The notes under the pieces are model-generated. The model searched no databases and was not told the DNA's origin. It saw only the letters and a program-made list of their open reading frames with translations. A program made the position numbers and the translations under genes. Positions 1 to 20,332 of a stretch of 64,000 nt of DNA are shown here, piece after piece (the first letter of the stretch is position 1; every line of letters starts with the position of its first letter). Source of the stretch: the human T2T-CHM13v2.0 reference genome, Homo sapiens; the NCBI RefSeq assembly GCF_009914755.1, contig NC_060926.1, one strand, 5' to 3'.

Positions 1-600
1 CCTGACAGCTCTTCCCTTCCCATGGAATAAAGCAAAGCTGGGGACAGTGATGAAGTGTTTGGTCAGGTGGGGAGATAATAGGCCCAACTAGCAGTCAGAT
101 GCCTGTCTGAGCTCCCTCCTTAGTTACCTTTAGCTTGTCTTGGTCACTCAATATCTGACCTTGGACGAATCACCTATCTTATGGACAAGTGGATGAAATA
201 GGATTCATTTATTCATTCCATTCTGATTACATGATCCCCTCCAGAAACTATTCCGGACTCTGGGGATGAGATGGTGAACACGTGGTTCCTGAGCTGGCTA
301 CCAACTCAGGCTAGACAGACTTCTCACATATTGTCATTCATATCAAAATATATAATACTAGGCCAGGCGTGGTGGCTCACGCCTGTAATCCCCCAACTTA
401 GAGAGGCTGAGGTGAGAGGATTGCTTGAGCCCAGGAGTTTGAGATCAGCCCCTGGGCAACACTGGGAGATCCTGTCTCTACAAAAACTTAGCCAGGCATG
501 GTAGCATGCACATGCAGTCCCAGGTACTTAGGAGGCTGAGGTGGGAGGATTGCTTGAGCCCAGGAGCTATGATTGTTCAACTACACTCCAGCCTGGGCAA

Positions 601-605
601 ACAAA

Positions 606-636
<31 letters not shown>

Positions 637-652
637 CCCCATATATACATAC

Positions 653-690
<38 letters not shown>

Positions 691-706
691 CCCCATATAT
701 ACATAC

Positions 707-753
<47 letters not shown>
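601..753. repeat. Compound (CA)n/(TA)n microsatellite with a duplicated internal block
   Basis: (CA)n-CCCCATATATACATACATATATATATA-(CA)n occurs twice, forming the tail of the AluJ at 361-600. Confidence 0.95.
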
Positions 754-754
<1 letters not shown>

Positions 755-1687
755 GACTAGATCCTTTTTCAGAGGGGAAAATTATAGCTCAGAGAGATTA
801 AGTGGCTTGTCCAAAGTCACATGCTTTATACGAGAAAGATAAAAAATTAAGTTTTTTTACCCTAAAATTTATGTCGTTTCTATTGAACTATGTCAGAGGC
901 AGAGCCTGGAATAAGCAAGGCGGGTTGGGGGCAAAGAGGTCCACTTTGGTGGGACCAAGGAGACAGATGTAGAGAGTGACTCAGTGATAAGATTAAAAGG
1001 GTAGATGGGGCAACACTAGAGAGGGCTTTGGATGCCAAGATAATGATCTGGAATTTTGTTTAAGTGTTTGAGTGAGAGGCAGCATGCACAAAACTTTGTG
1101 TTGGGAGTGTAATCTAGCCATCCTAGGCTAAGCGGATTGTTGCAGAGGAGGTCTTCAGTTTAGGAGATTCCTGGAAACCATGATAGAAGCCCAGGAATGA
1201 AGTGAAGAGGCCCAAGCTAGGCTGGTGGGTGCAAAGGTAGAGAAAGACAGGCAGACATGAAGCCATCATTCCTCAGCCTACTCTGCCTGGACACGACTTT
1301 GACATTCCACAACACGCCTCCCTCCCTGGCAAGTCATAATTATCGTGACAGTTATCATCTCCAGTTTTGCAGGTGCATAATGCTGTGATTGTGCAAGATC
1401 TTGAGGGTCAAAGATCATCAGGTTCTACTTCCGTCTCTGGTTCTCTGTTCCCAGATTGTCACAGATTGAAAACTGATGGGGGCCATGTCTTCCAACAGAG
1501 ATTCAGAACTGCACCCAGCCTGCTGGCTGTGTCCACCGAGAAATCAGAAACATAAATCCACTTCCTGAAAGCAAAGACTAAAGGGTAAAAGCAGTTCTTA
1601 AAAGTTATTTTTCTAGTATTCAAAATTCCAGAATTTTGATTGATTCTTTCATTAAAAGGGGGATAATTGGCCAGACGCGGTGGCTCA

Positions 1688-1966
<279 letters not shown>

Positions 1967-2716
1967 TTATTAAACTAATATGCAACTGTTAAAAAAATTG
2001 AGTATGAATGCTATTATGTAAAAAGGCCTATCCTCTATTGTTACGTGATAAAAGCAAGTAAAAACAATGTCATGTGCACTGCTTCTGCTAAAAGCATTAT
2101 TTAACATCGTTTAAATATGAAGCCTGGGAGGCCATTCTCCAGGTCTGGGACAGGGTCGTGGAGAAGGGGACAGAATGGAAAAGCCAGTTTTTGCTTCTGC
2201 ATTGTTATAGTAGTTTATAAGCAGGTTACGTTCCTAATGGAAAGGTTTTTTTAAAGCATTCAGAACATCCCAGAGCAGGTAACCCTCATACTGCCTTTCT
2301 CAAGCTCAAGACTACTTTAGGAAAATAGACAGAAATGCTGCTTAGGAAAATGCAGGCAGGGAGAGCAATAGTAAAGCCCTTCCTTGATTCTATGGACTTC
2401 TCCGGGCTAACTCCCCAACATACTGTAGTGTGGTTAAGAGCATGGACTTGTAAATTAGCTGGTCATGGTGGTGAGTACCTGTAATCCCAACTACTTGGGA
2501 GGCTGAGGCAGGAGAATCACTCTTGAACCCGGAAGTTGGAGACTGTAGTGAGCCGAGATCATGCCACTGCACACCAGCCTGGGTGATAGAGCAAGACTCT
2601 GCCCTCAGAAAAAAAAAAAGGAGCATGGACTTGTTTGGTTGAGCAAGTTACTTAATGTCTCTGGGCTTCAATTTCCTCAACCGTAAAATGGGCATGTTGT
2701 GATTAAGAGAGGTAAG

Positions 2717-2750
2717 ATTAAATTAAATTAAATTAAATTAAATTAAATTA
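2717..2750. repeat. (ATTAA)n pentanucleotide repeat
   Basis: About 6.8 perfect units. Confidence 0.95.
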
Positions 2751-3351
2751 CAATAAACATTAAGTTTGACATACTCATACAAGGATGTAATCTGTAGCCA
2801 CAGAGTGATATTCACTAGCATGGAAAGATGTACAAAATACATTGTTGGTGAAAACAGCAAGTTATCAAACAGTATTTATAGACTAATCTCATTAAAATTA
2901 TACACGGAATTCATTTTAAAAAATATTTTCTGAATTTTTGCAATGAGCATGTGTTACATTTAAAATCATAAAAGCCAATAAAGCTATTTTGATCTCGAAG
3001 AAAAAGATAAATATTTAAAATGTCACTTTGCGCACAGTGTCCAACACCCAGTTAAGCTTTCAATAATTACTGGCTATTACCGTTATTATCTACTTAACAT
3101 ATCAAACGCCTAAGTGACCTTCTACTTTCCCTTGACTCTTTAGATTTTTATTTACTTACCCATCTGTTAGAATGTGCACCCTATGAGGGCAGATTTTTTC
3201 AAGTTCTTTTAATTGTTTTTCTCCCCTGTTGACAAAAAGAATACATTCTTTCGGGAAAAAAGAAAAAAAAAAGAAATGTAAGAATCCGCCCTAATCTCAA
3301 TCTCCAAAGATAATCATTGTAGATTATCTAAACACTGTTGGGCAACACTGA

Positions 3352-4291
<940 letters not shown>

Positions 4292-4295
4292 GCCG

Positions 4296-4932
4296 TAGAA
4301 CCATGTGGTCCAACAGAAACATGATGGGAACCACATATGTAATTTTCCATTTCCTTGTAGTTTAAATAAAGGTGAGATGAGATCAATTTCTTTCTTTCTT
4401 TCTTTTTTTTTTTTGAGATGGAGTTTTGCTCTTGTTGACCAGGATGGAGTGCAATGGCACGATCTCAGTTCACTGCAACCTCTGCCTCCCGGGGTTCAAG
4501 TGATTCTCCTGCCTCAGCCTCCCGAGTAGCTGGGACTGCAGGCATATGTCACCATGCCCGGCTAATTTTTTTGTATTTTTAGTAGAGACGGGGTTTCACC
4601 ATGTTGGCCAGGATGGTCTCAAACTCCTGACATCAGGTTATCCAAACACCTCAGCCTCCCAAAGTGCTGGGATTACAGGTGTGAGCCACTGCACCAGGCT
4701 GAGATCAATTTCAATGTTATGTTTAATGTTCAACGTTATGTTTAATTTAACCCAATATACCCAAAATATTATTTCCTCACAAAATCAAAACATAATCAAA
4801 TAATTACTAAAATATTTTACATTCTTGTATTTTACTAAATCTTCAAAATCTGCTGTGTATTTTATACACACGGCACATTTCAATTCAGACCAGCCACATC
4901 TCACATGTTCAATAGGCACCTGTTGGACAGCT
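4296..4932. mobile_element. MER33 (hAT-Charlie) interrupted by an Alu
   Basis: aatttaacccaatatacccaaaatattatttc...gcacatttcaattcagaccagccacat. Alu TSD tgagatcaatttc. Confidence 0.65.
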
Positions 4933-4955
4933 GAGCTGTAGAATCTAGATTGTCA

Positions 4956-5354
<399 letters not shown>

Positions 5355-5458
5355 CTAGTTTCACTTGTCAGCCAGGCTGGAATGCAATGGTGCAATCTCA
5401 GCTCACTGCAACCTCCGCTTCCTTGGGTTCAAGAGATTCTCCTGCCTCAGCCTCCTGA

Positions 5459-5677
<219 letters not shown>

Positions 5678-6557
5678 TAAATAATCTTTCTTAGAGATCT
5701 TTCCCTACCATTCTACAAAGATCAATTTGTATTTATTGGGCCAATTATAACATTCCATTGTTTAGATTTATCATATGCTATTTTGTCAGTTCCCTACTGA
5801 TGGACATCTGCATTGTTCCTAATTTTGGATTGTTATTCAAAATAGTGCAGGGATTGTCCTTTTACATGTAAGTTTTGGCACTAGGCTGGGCGCAGTGGCT
5901 TACACCTGTAATCCCAGCACTTGGGAGGCTGAGGAAGGTGGATCACTTGAGCTCAAGAGTTCAAGACCAGCCTGGGCAACATGGTGAAATTCTGTCTCTA
6001 CCAAAAATACAAAAAAATTAGCCAAGTGTGGTGGTGTGCCCCTGTGGTCCCAGCTACTCAGGAGGCTGAGGTGGGAAGATTGCCTGACCCCTGGGGTTGG
6101 GGGGCAGAGGTTGCAGTGAGCCGAGATCTCACCACTGTACTCCAGCCTGGGCAACAGGGCGAGACCCCATCTCAAAAAAAAAAAACAAAAAACCAAAACT
6201 TTGGAACCTATGGGAGTATATCTTTAAAATAAATTTTTTGTAAATTGAATGCTGGGTCAAATCTATAATGACATTTAACTATTTACTAGCAATTGCCAAT
6301 CTGGAGGGCTGAAATTCTACCTTGTTTTCCTTTTTTTTTGAGACGGCGTCTTGCTCTGTTGCCCAGGCTGGAGTGCAGTGGCAGATCTTGGCTCACTGTA
6401 ACCTCTGCCTCCCAGGTTCAAGCAATTCTCCTGCCAGCCTCCCAACAGCTGGGATTACAGGCACGCACCAACATGCCCGACTAACTTTTGTATTTTTAAT
6501 AGAGATGGGGTTTCGCCATGTTGGCCAGGCTGGTCTCGAACTCCTGACCTCAAGTGA

Positions 6558-6659
<102 letters not shown>

Positions 6660-7949
6660 TAATTGTTAAGTGAATAGATGGCTGAAAACCTCCCAACAGA
6701 GGTGTAGGGGATGAGGAAAGAAATAAGTAAATACAATGGAATACATGGAACAGTTAATGGCATATTAAGGAGACACAAATTGAAACCCCGGAGGTCATGT
6801 AGTGAAAGATGCTTGTTTAATATTTCAACAAGCTCCTCTGAGCTCAGCCCAGTTCCTACCCTCTTCAGAAAGCCTCTAGGCCTTGGGCCTCAGGCTATGG
6901 CATTTGGGGTTTCCCTGGAAAAGTGCTCTCTATCAGTGTGAATATCAGTCTACCCTGTTGTGAGCAGGACAGAGTGGAGCAGGGAGAGGGGCAGTTGAAG
7001 TTTCTACCATATCCCAGGAACATCAGGAAACCCCCTGCTCTGCAGAATCAGATGGACTCCCAGAAGGTTGGGAGTCCCATCTGTGGAGGTCTTTCACACC
7101 AGCCCACTGCCCTTCTGGAATAGGGGAGGCTTTCTCCCCAAGACACAACAACTTGTCACCACCATGGCAAGGAAGGTTCTACTCTCCAGTGGCCAAGCAC
7201 ATGGCTAGAAAATCTGTCTACAAAAACCTGAACTTGTCTTGAGGTCTCCCTTCCTCCACCAGTTGAGAACTCTCCCCTGGTACTATCTCTCAAACCAGTG
7301 CCTCTGGCCACATTCCCAGCCTTGCCTGGTCCTGTCCAGCCACAGCTAGAGCCTCCCGGCTAGCCTCCCACCCATCAGTGTCCCTTGTGCTCCAGTTTTT
7401 CCACTCCCCAGCCAAATCCTCATCCCTAACATCATGAAACCTGGCTTTTATGCAGCACCCCTAAGAAGGCAGGGTCTGGCTTCTGTGCCTTTCTCAGAGC
7501 CTGCCCTGGAGATTAGCATGTAATCACTGTTAAATAAAAGGACAAAACAATCACTGGATTTGCAAATTGAACAATTTGCTATCCAAGGTCTTCCTTATGG
7601 AATAATTCATTGGACAAGTACTATCAAGTGCCAGTGATATGCCACGCACTGTGCCAGATAAACCTGAAGGACAGGGTCCCTTAAATTCATGGAGCTCATG
7701 ATCTCTGATCCATATCTAACACTTCCCTAAACAAATTATTTTCACAGCTCCCCAAAAACATCCATGGATCGTTCTTTACTTTTATTCAGTGCAAATGTTT
7801 ATTTCAGCACCTATGATGTACTAGCATGATGCTAAACTATAGCTTTTAATTTAGTCCTCAAAAGACTCCTCCAAGGAAGGTAGCACTGGCTCCACTTTGT
7901 ACCTGGGGAAAATGAGATGAGGTAACTCCCAGTTCCACATCTGCCCACT

Positions 7950-8960
7950 AGCAAGTGGAGTCAGCATTCCAGCCCAGGCCTGCCTCTCTTAGCGTCCAAC
8001 CCTGTCCTCCTGGAGCTCTATTACCTGGCAAGAAGTATTTGACCCTCCAGGGATGGGGGCATTCCAGTCCAGATAAACACCTGGAGCCTAGCAGGCATTC
8101 ACTGGTGTGGGGGGTGGGGGGCGGGGGGGGCAAGAGGGGTTGGGCGCGGTGGGGGTGGCTGGGGGAGCTGTTGCATTTGACTGGGGAACTGGAAATAAAG
8201 ATATTGAGAGAGAAAACCGGGAGAGATGGGAAGTTGCTGTTTGCAGAGTTTCATGAATTGCTTATCTCTACATCCCCAAACCTTAGTCCTCAGCATTTCT
8301 CATTGTCACTTCTAATAACACATTTCCTTATTTTATTATGGGACTGCTTTATACATGTTGCTGAATGGAAGCTCCCTGAAGTGCCTGGATGTTAGGTGGC
8401 TTGTCCAAGCTCCCTTGGTTAGTAGTGGGCCGGGACTAGAATCCAAGCTTACTTTCCAGATTACATAGAAGGAGGTGCAGAAGACCGGAATCTCCTCCCC
8501 CTTCCCCCCCTCCCCCCCCCACCCCCCCCCCCACCCCGCCACAGCTCAACTGTGAGCTGGAGGCTGAACAAAGACAGAACTTCCTGGATCTAGATGAGTC
8601 ACTGGTTTGTTCTTCCCTAGCCACCTCCAGAAAGCCATGCTGAACATGCCATTTTCCTCACTTGGACTCAGTGGTGGGGAGCCTGACCACGTCTTCTCAC
8701 CTCCAAGACGGGGCAAGGAGTTGGCTAATGGCCCAGCTTCATTCCTGGGGCATCTACCTTTGAAAATGTGTGCTCCTACTTGGAGCTCTTTAGCATGACT
8801 GCTCTCTTTACACATGAGGGGACTGGGGTCCTGAATGATTGACTCACCAAAGACAAAGTCAGTCCCAGGAGAAGCGAGAGCTGGCTGAGGTCTTACAAAT
8901 CCAAGTTCCTGGTATCTCCTACTCTAAAATGCTGCCGCCTCCCATTCCAGCTTATATTTT
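7950..8960. promoter_or_regulatory. Candidate AP-1/TEAD enhancer with G4-forming tracts
   Basis: TGAGTCA 8595, TGACTCA 8840, CATTCC at 7965/8060/8740/8943; G-runs 8109-8165 and C-runs 8497-8538. Confidence 0.4.
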
Positions 8961-9015
8961 CCCCCAAACTCTCTTTGCCTCCATTTTGTCCAGGCAGTGA
9001 ATCTTGAGGTACTGA

Positions 9016-9378
<363 letters not shown>

Positions 9379-9650
9379 TGAACTCCTGACCTCAGGTGAT
9401 CTGCCTGCCTCACCCTCCCAAAGTGCTGGGATTACAGGCATGAGCCACCGCACCCGGCCTTTCTCTGTATTTTTATTTGTAATAATCAAAAACTGAAAAC
9501 AGTCCAGGTGTCAACTGACAGATGAATACGCAAATTGTGGTAGATCCATGCAACAGGTTATTACTCATCAATAAAAAAGAACAAACTAGCCGGGCGCAGT
9601 GGCTCGTGCCTGTAATCCCAGCACTTTGGGAGGCTGAGGCAGGCAGATCA

Positions 9651-10019
<369 letters not shown>

Positions 10020-10886
10020 TCAGGTCCATGTTTGCTTGCAGGGGCTGGAAGGATAGGAAGATGCACAGAGGACAGAAGGAGAAGACGATTACTTGGAAAG
10101 GGGCATGAGGAAAGTTTTTTGGGTTCATCTTAAAAATGTTCCATATCCTGCTTTTTGGGTTTTGTTTTGTTTTGTTTTTTTGAGACAGAGTCTCTCTCTG
10201 TCGCCCAAGCTGGAGTGCAGTGACAGGATCTCGGCTTACTGCAACCTCTGCCTCCTGGGTTCAAGCAATTCTCCTGCCTCAGCCTCCTGAGTAGCTGGGA
10301 TTACAGGCTCCCACCACCATGAACAGCTAATTTTTTGTATTTTTAGTAGAGACGGGGTTTCACCATGTTGGCCAGGCTGGTTTTGAACTCCTAACCTCAG
10401 GTGATCTGTCTGCCTCAGCCTCTCAAAGCACTGGGATTACAGGTGTGAGCCACTGTGCCCAGCGAAAAATGTTCCATATCTTGATAGGTGTGTAGGTTAC
10501 ACAGATGTAAGCATTTGTTAGAACTGACCAAATTGTACACAAGATCTGTGCACTTGGATATCATAAGTTCTAACTACATTTGAAAGATGGGGGAAAAGGT
10601 AGTACATGACTGTTGCAAAACTATATAGAAGTAAAGAAGTAAGCAAAAATTATTCCTTTTTGGGGGGCGGGGACGGAGTTTCACTCTTGTTGCCCAGGCT
10701 GGAGTGCAATGGCACAATCTCAGCTCACCACAAACTCCGCCTCCTGAGTTCCAGCAATTCTCCTGCCTCAGCCTCTGGAGTAGCTGGGATTACAGGCATG
10801 CGCCACCACGCCCGGCTAATTTTCTATTTTTAGTAGAAATGGGGTTTCTCCGTGTTGGTCATGCTGGTTTCTAACTCCAGACCTCA

Positions 10887-10979
<93 letters not shown>

Positions 10980-11429
10980 TCAAATTTCACATCTCTGAGT
11001 TAACTGCTATTCATTCTTTCATGCAATAACCTTCCAGAGACCTTTTCTGGGCATATATGAATGTAATTCTGTGTAATGGGCTCACCCTGTACCTCACACT
11101 GTAACTGGCAATGGGAGAGGAAGAAGCTACAAAATTGAAAACAGCCGTTTCTGAATCTCAACAATTTCCTGTTCTTCTGTTTTAATATTAACTATTTTTC
11201 CATGTTAGAGCCCTCAGAAAGATTTTGTGGATGCCACTAATGGGTAAAAGAACATTTTGAAGATACTGTTTTTTTCTGAATTGTTTTTCTTTTGAAGAGC
11301 CACACCCTTCCATCCCACCTCATCCCAGGCTCCCATCTCCTCAGCCCCCTCTTCTTTCTTTCTTTCTTTTTTTTTTTTAGACGGAGTCTTGCTCTGTCAC
11401 CCAGGCTGGAGTGCACTGGCTCGATCTAG

Positions 11430-11537
<108 letters not shown>

Positions 11538-11763
11538 TAGTACAGATGGGGTTTCTCCATGTTGGTCAGGGTGGTCTTGAACTCCTGACCTGAGGTGATC
11601 CATCTGCCTCGCCCTCCCGAAGTGCTGGGATTACAGGCATGAGCCACCATGCCTGGCCTCCCTCTTCCTTCTTGACATCTAAGGTGACACTGTCTAATCC
11701 CCATTGCCTATTTTTCCATTTCTTTTTCTTTTTTTTGAGACAGAGTCTTGCTCTGTTGCCTAG

Positions 11764-11955
<192 letters not shown>

Positions 11956-12356
11956 TGATCCACCCACCTCAACCTCCCAAAGTGCTGGGATTACAAGCAT
12001 GAGCCACCGTGCCTGGCCTTTTTTTCCCATTTCAACTGTGCAAAATCCTGTCATCTTTCATGGGCCTGAGCCCTCTTGAGGTACATGGAGACAGTGCTGA
12101 TCTCTCATAGGCTAGATCAGTGGTTTCCCAAGAATGAGGACTGTTTTTAAAAGTCTAAACACCCCAAAGATGGCCCTTTATGACACTTTTTATATCTACT
12201 GAATGGGAAAATACAGAAAAGAAAAGCATATTAATTAAATGCAATGCTTCTAAATGGATTTGCATTTTATTAACTATAAGAATATCTACATGCGGCCGGG
12301 TGTGGTGGCTCACGCCTGTAATCCCAGCACTTTGGGAGGCCAAGGCGAGTGGATCA

Positions 12357-12617
<261 letters not shown>

Positions 12618-12634
12618 TTACTAAAATAATAGTA

Positions 12635-12840
12635 ATAGCAGTTACTATTTATTGTGTACTTGTTATGTGCCAGGTATTTTGCTAAGTGCTCTCCATGCAT
12701 TTGCCTATAATTTGGCCCATAACTCCTCAGGGTGGATACCATTTTATCCTCATTATACATTATGAGGAAACTGAGGCACAGAGAACATTAGTAACTTGCC
12801 CAAGCTCCCACTGATGGGCAGTGGGGGCCTAGAATTCAGA
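12635..12840 (-). mobile_element. MIR
   Basis: ttatgtgccaggta...ttatcctcattatacat..tgaggaaactgaggcacagagaa..tagtaacttgcccaag. Confidence 0.7.
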
Positions 12841-13687
12841 GTCTGACAGGCACAAAGGATGTAGTGCCACTTGATCCTGCCTCTTTTATTTACTTGCTCT
12901 GCAGACAAGATTTGGCTTGTCTCCAAAGCCAAATGAGTTCTCCAGTCCCTGGCTTAAACTCCCAGGAATGAGACTGCCAGGAGGGAGTCACAGGCTATTT
13001 GGGGAAGATGGGTGCCGAGCGCTCAGCCTCAACCTGTTGGCTGGCCTGGGACCCCACTAACTCCGGCCCCGTTCTTGGGACATATTTCAGTCCTCTGAGC
13101 TCAGGGGGCTTGAGTAGCTCTGCCCAGGCAGGGCTTGTCCAAGTGTCCCCAGATGCTGGAGGGGTTAACAGTTGAGAAGCTGTTTGCAGACCATTAGAAA
13201 CAATAATCACCTTACCTGTAACCTGATCTACCTCAAAAGAAGGGTCTTGATTTTAGCAAACAGTGTAAGTGGCCTCTGTGTAAAGTGGAGGGGTGGAGCC
13301 GGCTGCCTGACTGCTTAGCTCTTGTTTCTCAAGCCAGGCCCAAGGGTCAATTCCTGGGCCTACAGGGTGAGCTCACACCCTTTTCTGGCTGCTTTCTCCC
13401 CTTGGAATTCTGAAAACGGCTGCCCTGTGTGCAGTGAGTTGCTACAAGCCCCACATGGCTGCTCTCCTGGCCCAGCCAGGGGGAGCAAGTAACTTTCTGT
13501 TTGAGGTCCTCTTGACCAAGAACAGTCACGAACTCTTTCCTGTGCACTCAAGGGCACACTCTTCTTTAATCCTCGCCTCTAAGCATGATTGCTTGCTGTG
13601 CTTTCCAATTCACAGGTGAGAAAGAACAGACTTAGAGACAGCAGTGTGAGGAAGCCAGAGCTGGTTGTTAAACTTCAAGAATTTAGT

Positions 13688-14437
<750 letters not shown>

Positions 14438-14653
14438 TTATAATTAAGTAAATTATGTTTAGAACAAAGGTAATAAATACACAGAACTCATCACTTACTA
14501 ATTATTTGACTGTGTTTGTATCTGTGCTTTGGAGGTTACGTCTGTTGTATCTGTATGGTAGAAGTTCTGTGGAATATAGTGTGCTAGTCTACTGCTTTTC
14601 CCAACTCTCCATTTAGCGACATCATGCTGGTAACTTGAAACTGGTCATGGTGG

Positions 14654-15269
14654 TGTCAGAAGCGTTTGAACCAGAGCGACTCCATCTTGGACAGGGACTG
14701 GGTAAAATAAGGCTGAGACCTACTGGGCTGCATTCCCAGGAGGTGAAGACATTCTAAGTCACAGTGTGAGATAGGAGGTCAGCACAAGATACAGGCCATA
14801 AAGACCTTGCTGATAAAACAGGTTGCAGTAAAGAAGCCGGCAAAAACCCAGCAAAACCAAGATGGCCAGGAGAGTGACCTCTTGTCGTCCACACTGCTCA
14901 TTATACGCTAATTATAATATATTAGCATGCTAAAAGACACTCCCACCAACCCCATGACAGTTCACAAATGCCGTGGCAATGTCAGGAAGTTACCCTATAT
15001 GGTCTAAAAAGGGGAGGAACCCTCAGTTCCAGGAATTGCCCACCCCTTTCCTGGAAACCTCATGAATAATCTACCCCTTGTTTAGCATATGATCAAGAAA
15101 TAACCATAAAAATGGGCAACCAGCAGCCCTTGGGGCTGCTCTGCCTAGTCATTCTATAGTCCTTTACTTTCTTAATAAACTGGCTTTCACTCTTATGAAT
15201 TTGCCTCAAATTCTTGTGCAAGATCTAAGAACCCTCTCGGGGTCTGCATTGGGGCCCTTTCCGGTAACC
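14654..15269 (+). mobile_element. MER41 (probably MER41B) ERV1 solo LTR
   Basis: Starts TGTCAGAAGCGTTTGAACCAGAGCGACTCCATCTTG, ends ...CCCTTTCCGGTAAC. Contains AATAAA (~15174) and tandem TTC-N3-GAA sites. Confidence 0.88.
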
Positions 15270-15300
15270 GTGTGGGTATTTACACCACAAGAATTGACGG

Positions 15301-15691
<391 letters not shown>

Positions 15692-15714
15692 CTAGTGCTT
15701 AGAGAGGTCAACTA

Positions 15715-16101
<387 letters not shown>

Positions 16102-16506
16102 TCAAAAAAAAAAAAAAAAAAAAAAAAAGAATATCTTCAAAAATCAATTTCTAGGAAATAGTAGACTTGAAGGAGGGCTAATGGTTAAATAATGGTTAAA
16201 GATTAAGAGACTTAAAGGCATACCATTCCATCACAGTATTCGTACTTTCTTCTGATTAAAATAAAGTGTAAAAAAATTATGTAATTGATGAAGCATTTGC
16301 AAATGTGAGCACTCATTAGATGATTATTGGTATGAATGAATTATTATTTTTCAGTGTATTATCTTTTTTTGTTCATATTAATGTATCCAACTGAGTAAGT
16401 ATATTATGTTTTACAGCACTGAATATTTAAGAAGAAATGATGTAATGTCTGGGATTGGCTTTGAGAAAAATAATACCAGAAAGGAAAAGTGACTAGGCAT
16501 ACAGAT

Positions 16507-17180
<674 letters not shown>

Positions 17181-18104
17181 TTTAGATGAAACAAGATTCA
17201 CCATGAGTTGATAGTTGTTGAGGCTGGTGACAGGTACATGGGGTGGGGAGTTCACATGTGTTTTTGAAATTTTCTATAATAAAAAGTTAAAAGAAATGAT
17301 TAAGCACATTGGAAGGGAGGAGTGTACATATAATGGGGGAAGGGTCATTGCTGGAGGACCTCTGGATATAGAGTGAGACAAAACAGATTCTTGTGCATGC
17401 ATCTGTGTTGCCTTTTGAATTAAACATCCAGGATAATGGTTGCATTAGCTCCTGCCTTTAACAGGAAGCTCTGCTCCCCCACCCCGCCCCCCCACCAACC
17501 CCAGTTCCTCAGGTTTCTCTTCATTTGGAGCCTAAGTTTTAACAGGATTAGATCCTGGAGCCTCAAATCTCTTAGAGAAGCAGCGATTTGAATTTTCAGC
17601 TTCCACCTGAAACTGTGTCACTGTAAAATATGCCACCCACTAGACCTGCTTTATCAGCTGCAGACATGATGCAATTAACTAATTTTCTGCAACCTCTCAC
17701 CACACAAGCCGTGGAACTTCTAGTCCATTGTGTGGCTCGTTTACTTAGCAGATAGGGTCTAAGAGCCTGTAACTATTTACCTCCCTCTAGAGGGGCTGTC
17801 CCAGACAGGTGAATTCATTAGTTGGTGTTTGTAAAGCAGCAGGAAAACCAAAAAAGCATTAGGCAAGTTTTTATTTTTATTTCTTTATTTGGCCTGAACG
17901 CCACTCAAGCGATGTCCTGTCCTGTCCTGCGTTGTCAGTTTGCCTCCCTTCATATCCACCCCCTCTTCTCTCTAGCCCATTTTTCTCTTATTCAGAAATG
18001 AGAGATGCCCACAACTGGAAAACTCTTCCCATTTTGTCCCAGAGGATGCAAAGTTCTGCCTGCCCATCACATGGGATCAGCGATCTTTAGGTTTTTTCAT
18101 TTAA

Positions 18105-18329
<225 letters not shown>

Positions 18330-18490
18330 TGAGTAACTGGGGTTACAGGCAGGCACCAAAACGCTAGGCTAATTTTTGTATTTTTAGTAGAGACAGGGCT
18401 TCACCATGTTGGCCAGGCTGGTCTCGAGCCCCCCGACCTCAGATGATCCACCTGCCTCAGCCTCCCAAAGTGTTGGGATTACAGGTGTGA

Positions 18491-18754
<264 letters not shown>

Positions 18755-18944
18755 TGACCCACCCGCCTCAGCCTCCCAAAGTGCTGAGATTACAGGCATG
18801 AGCCACTGAGCCCCAGCTCCCTTGTATTTTTCATAGAAAAGGCACAAGGAAGAAGTTCAATGATGAGAAGGAAGAAAGAATATTCCTCAAGTGTAATTAA
18901 AGGTAGGAAAAATGACAGTTCTTTTGGAATCCAAGTTTGAAAAT

Positions 18945-19960
<1,016 letters not shown>

Positions 19961-19962
19961 AA

Positions 19963-20332
<370 letters not shown>

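Noticed and set aside
506-842. His/Thr- and Cys/Val-repeat ORFs
   Set aside because: Translations of (CA)n/(TA)n microsatellites.
16179-16200. 11-bp tandem duplication TAATGGTTAAA x2
   Set aside because: Ordinary slippage duplication with no sign of function.
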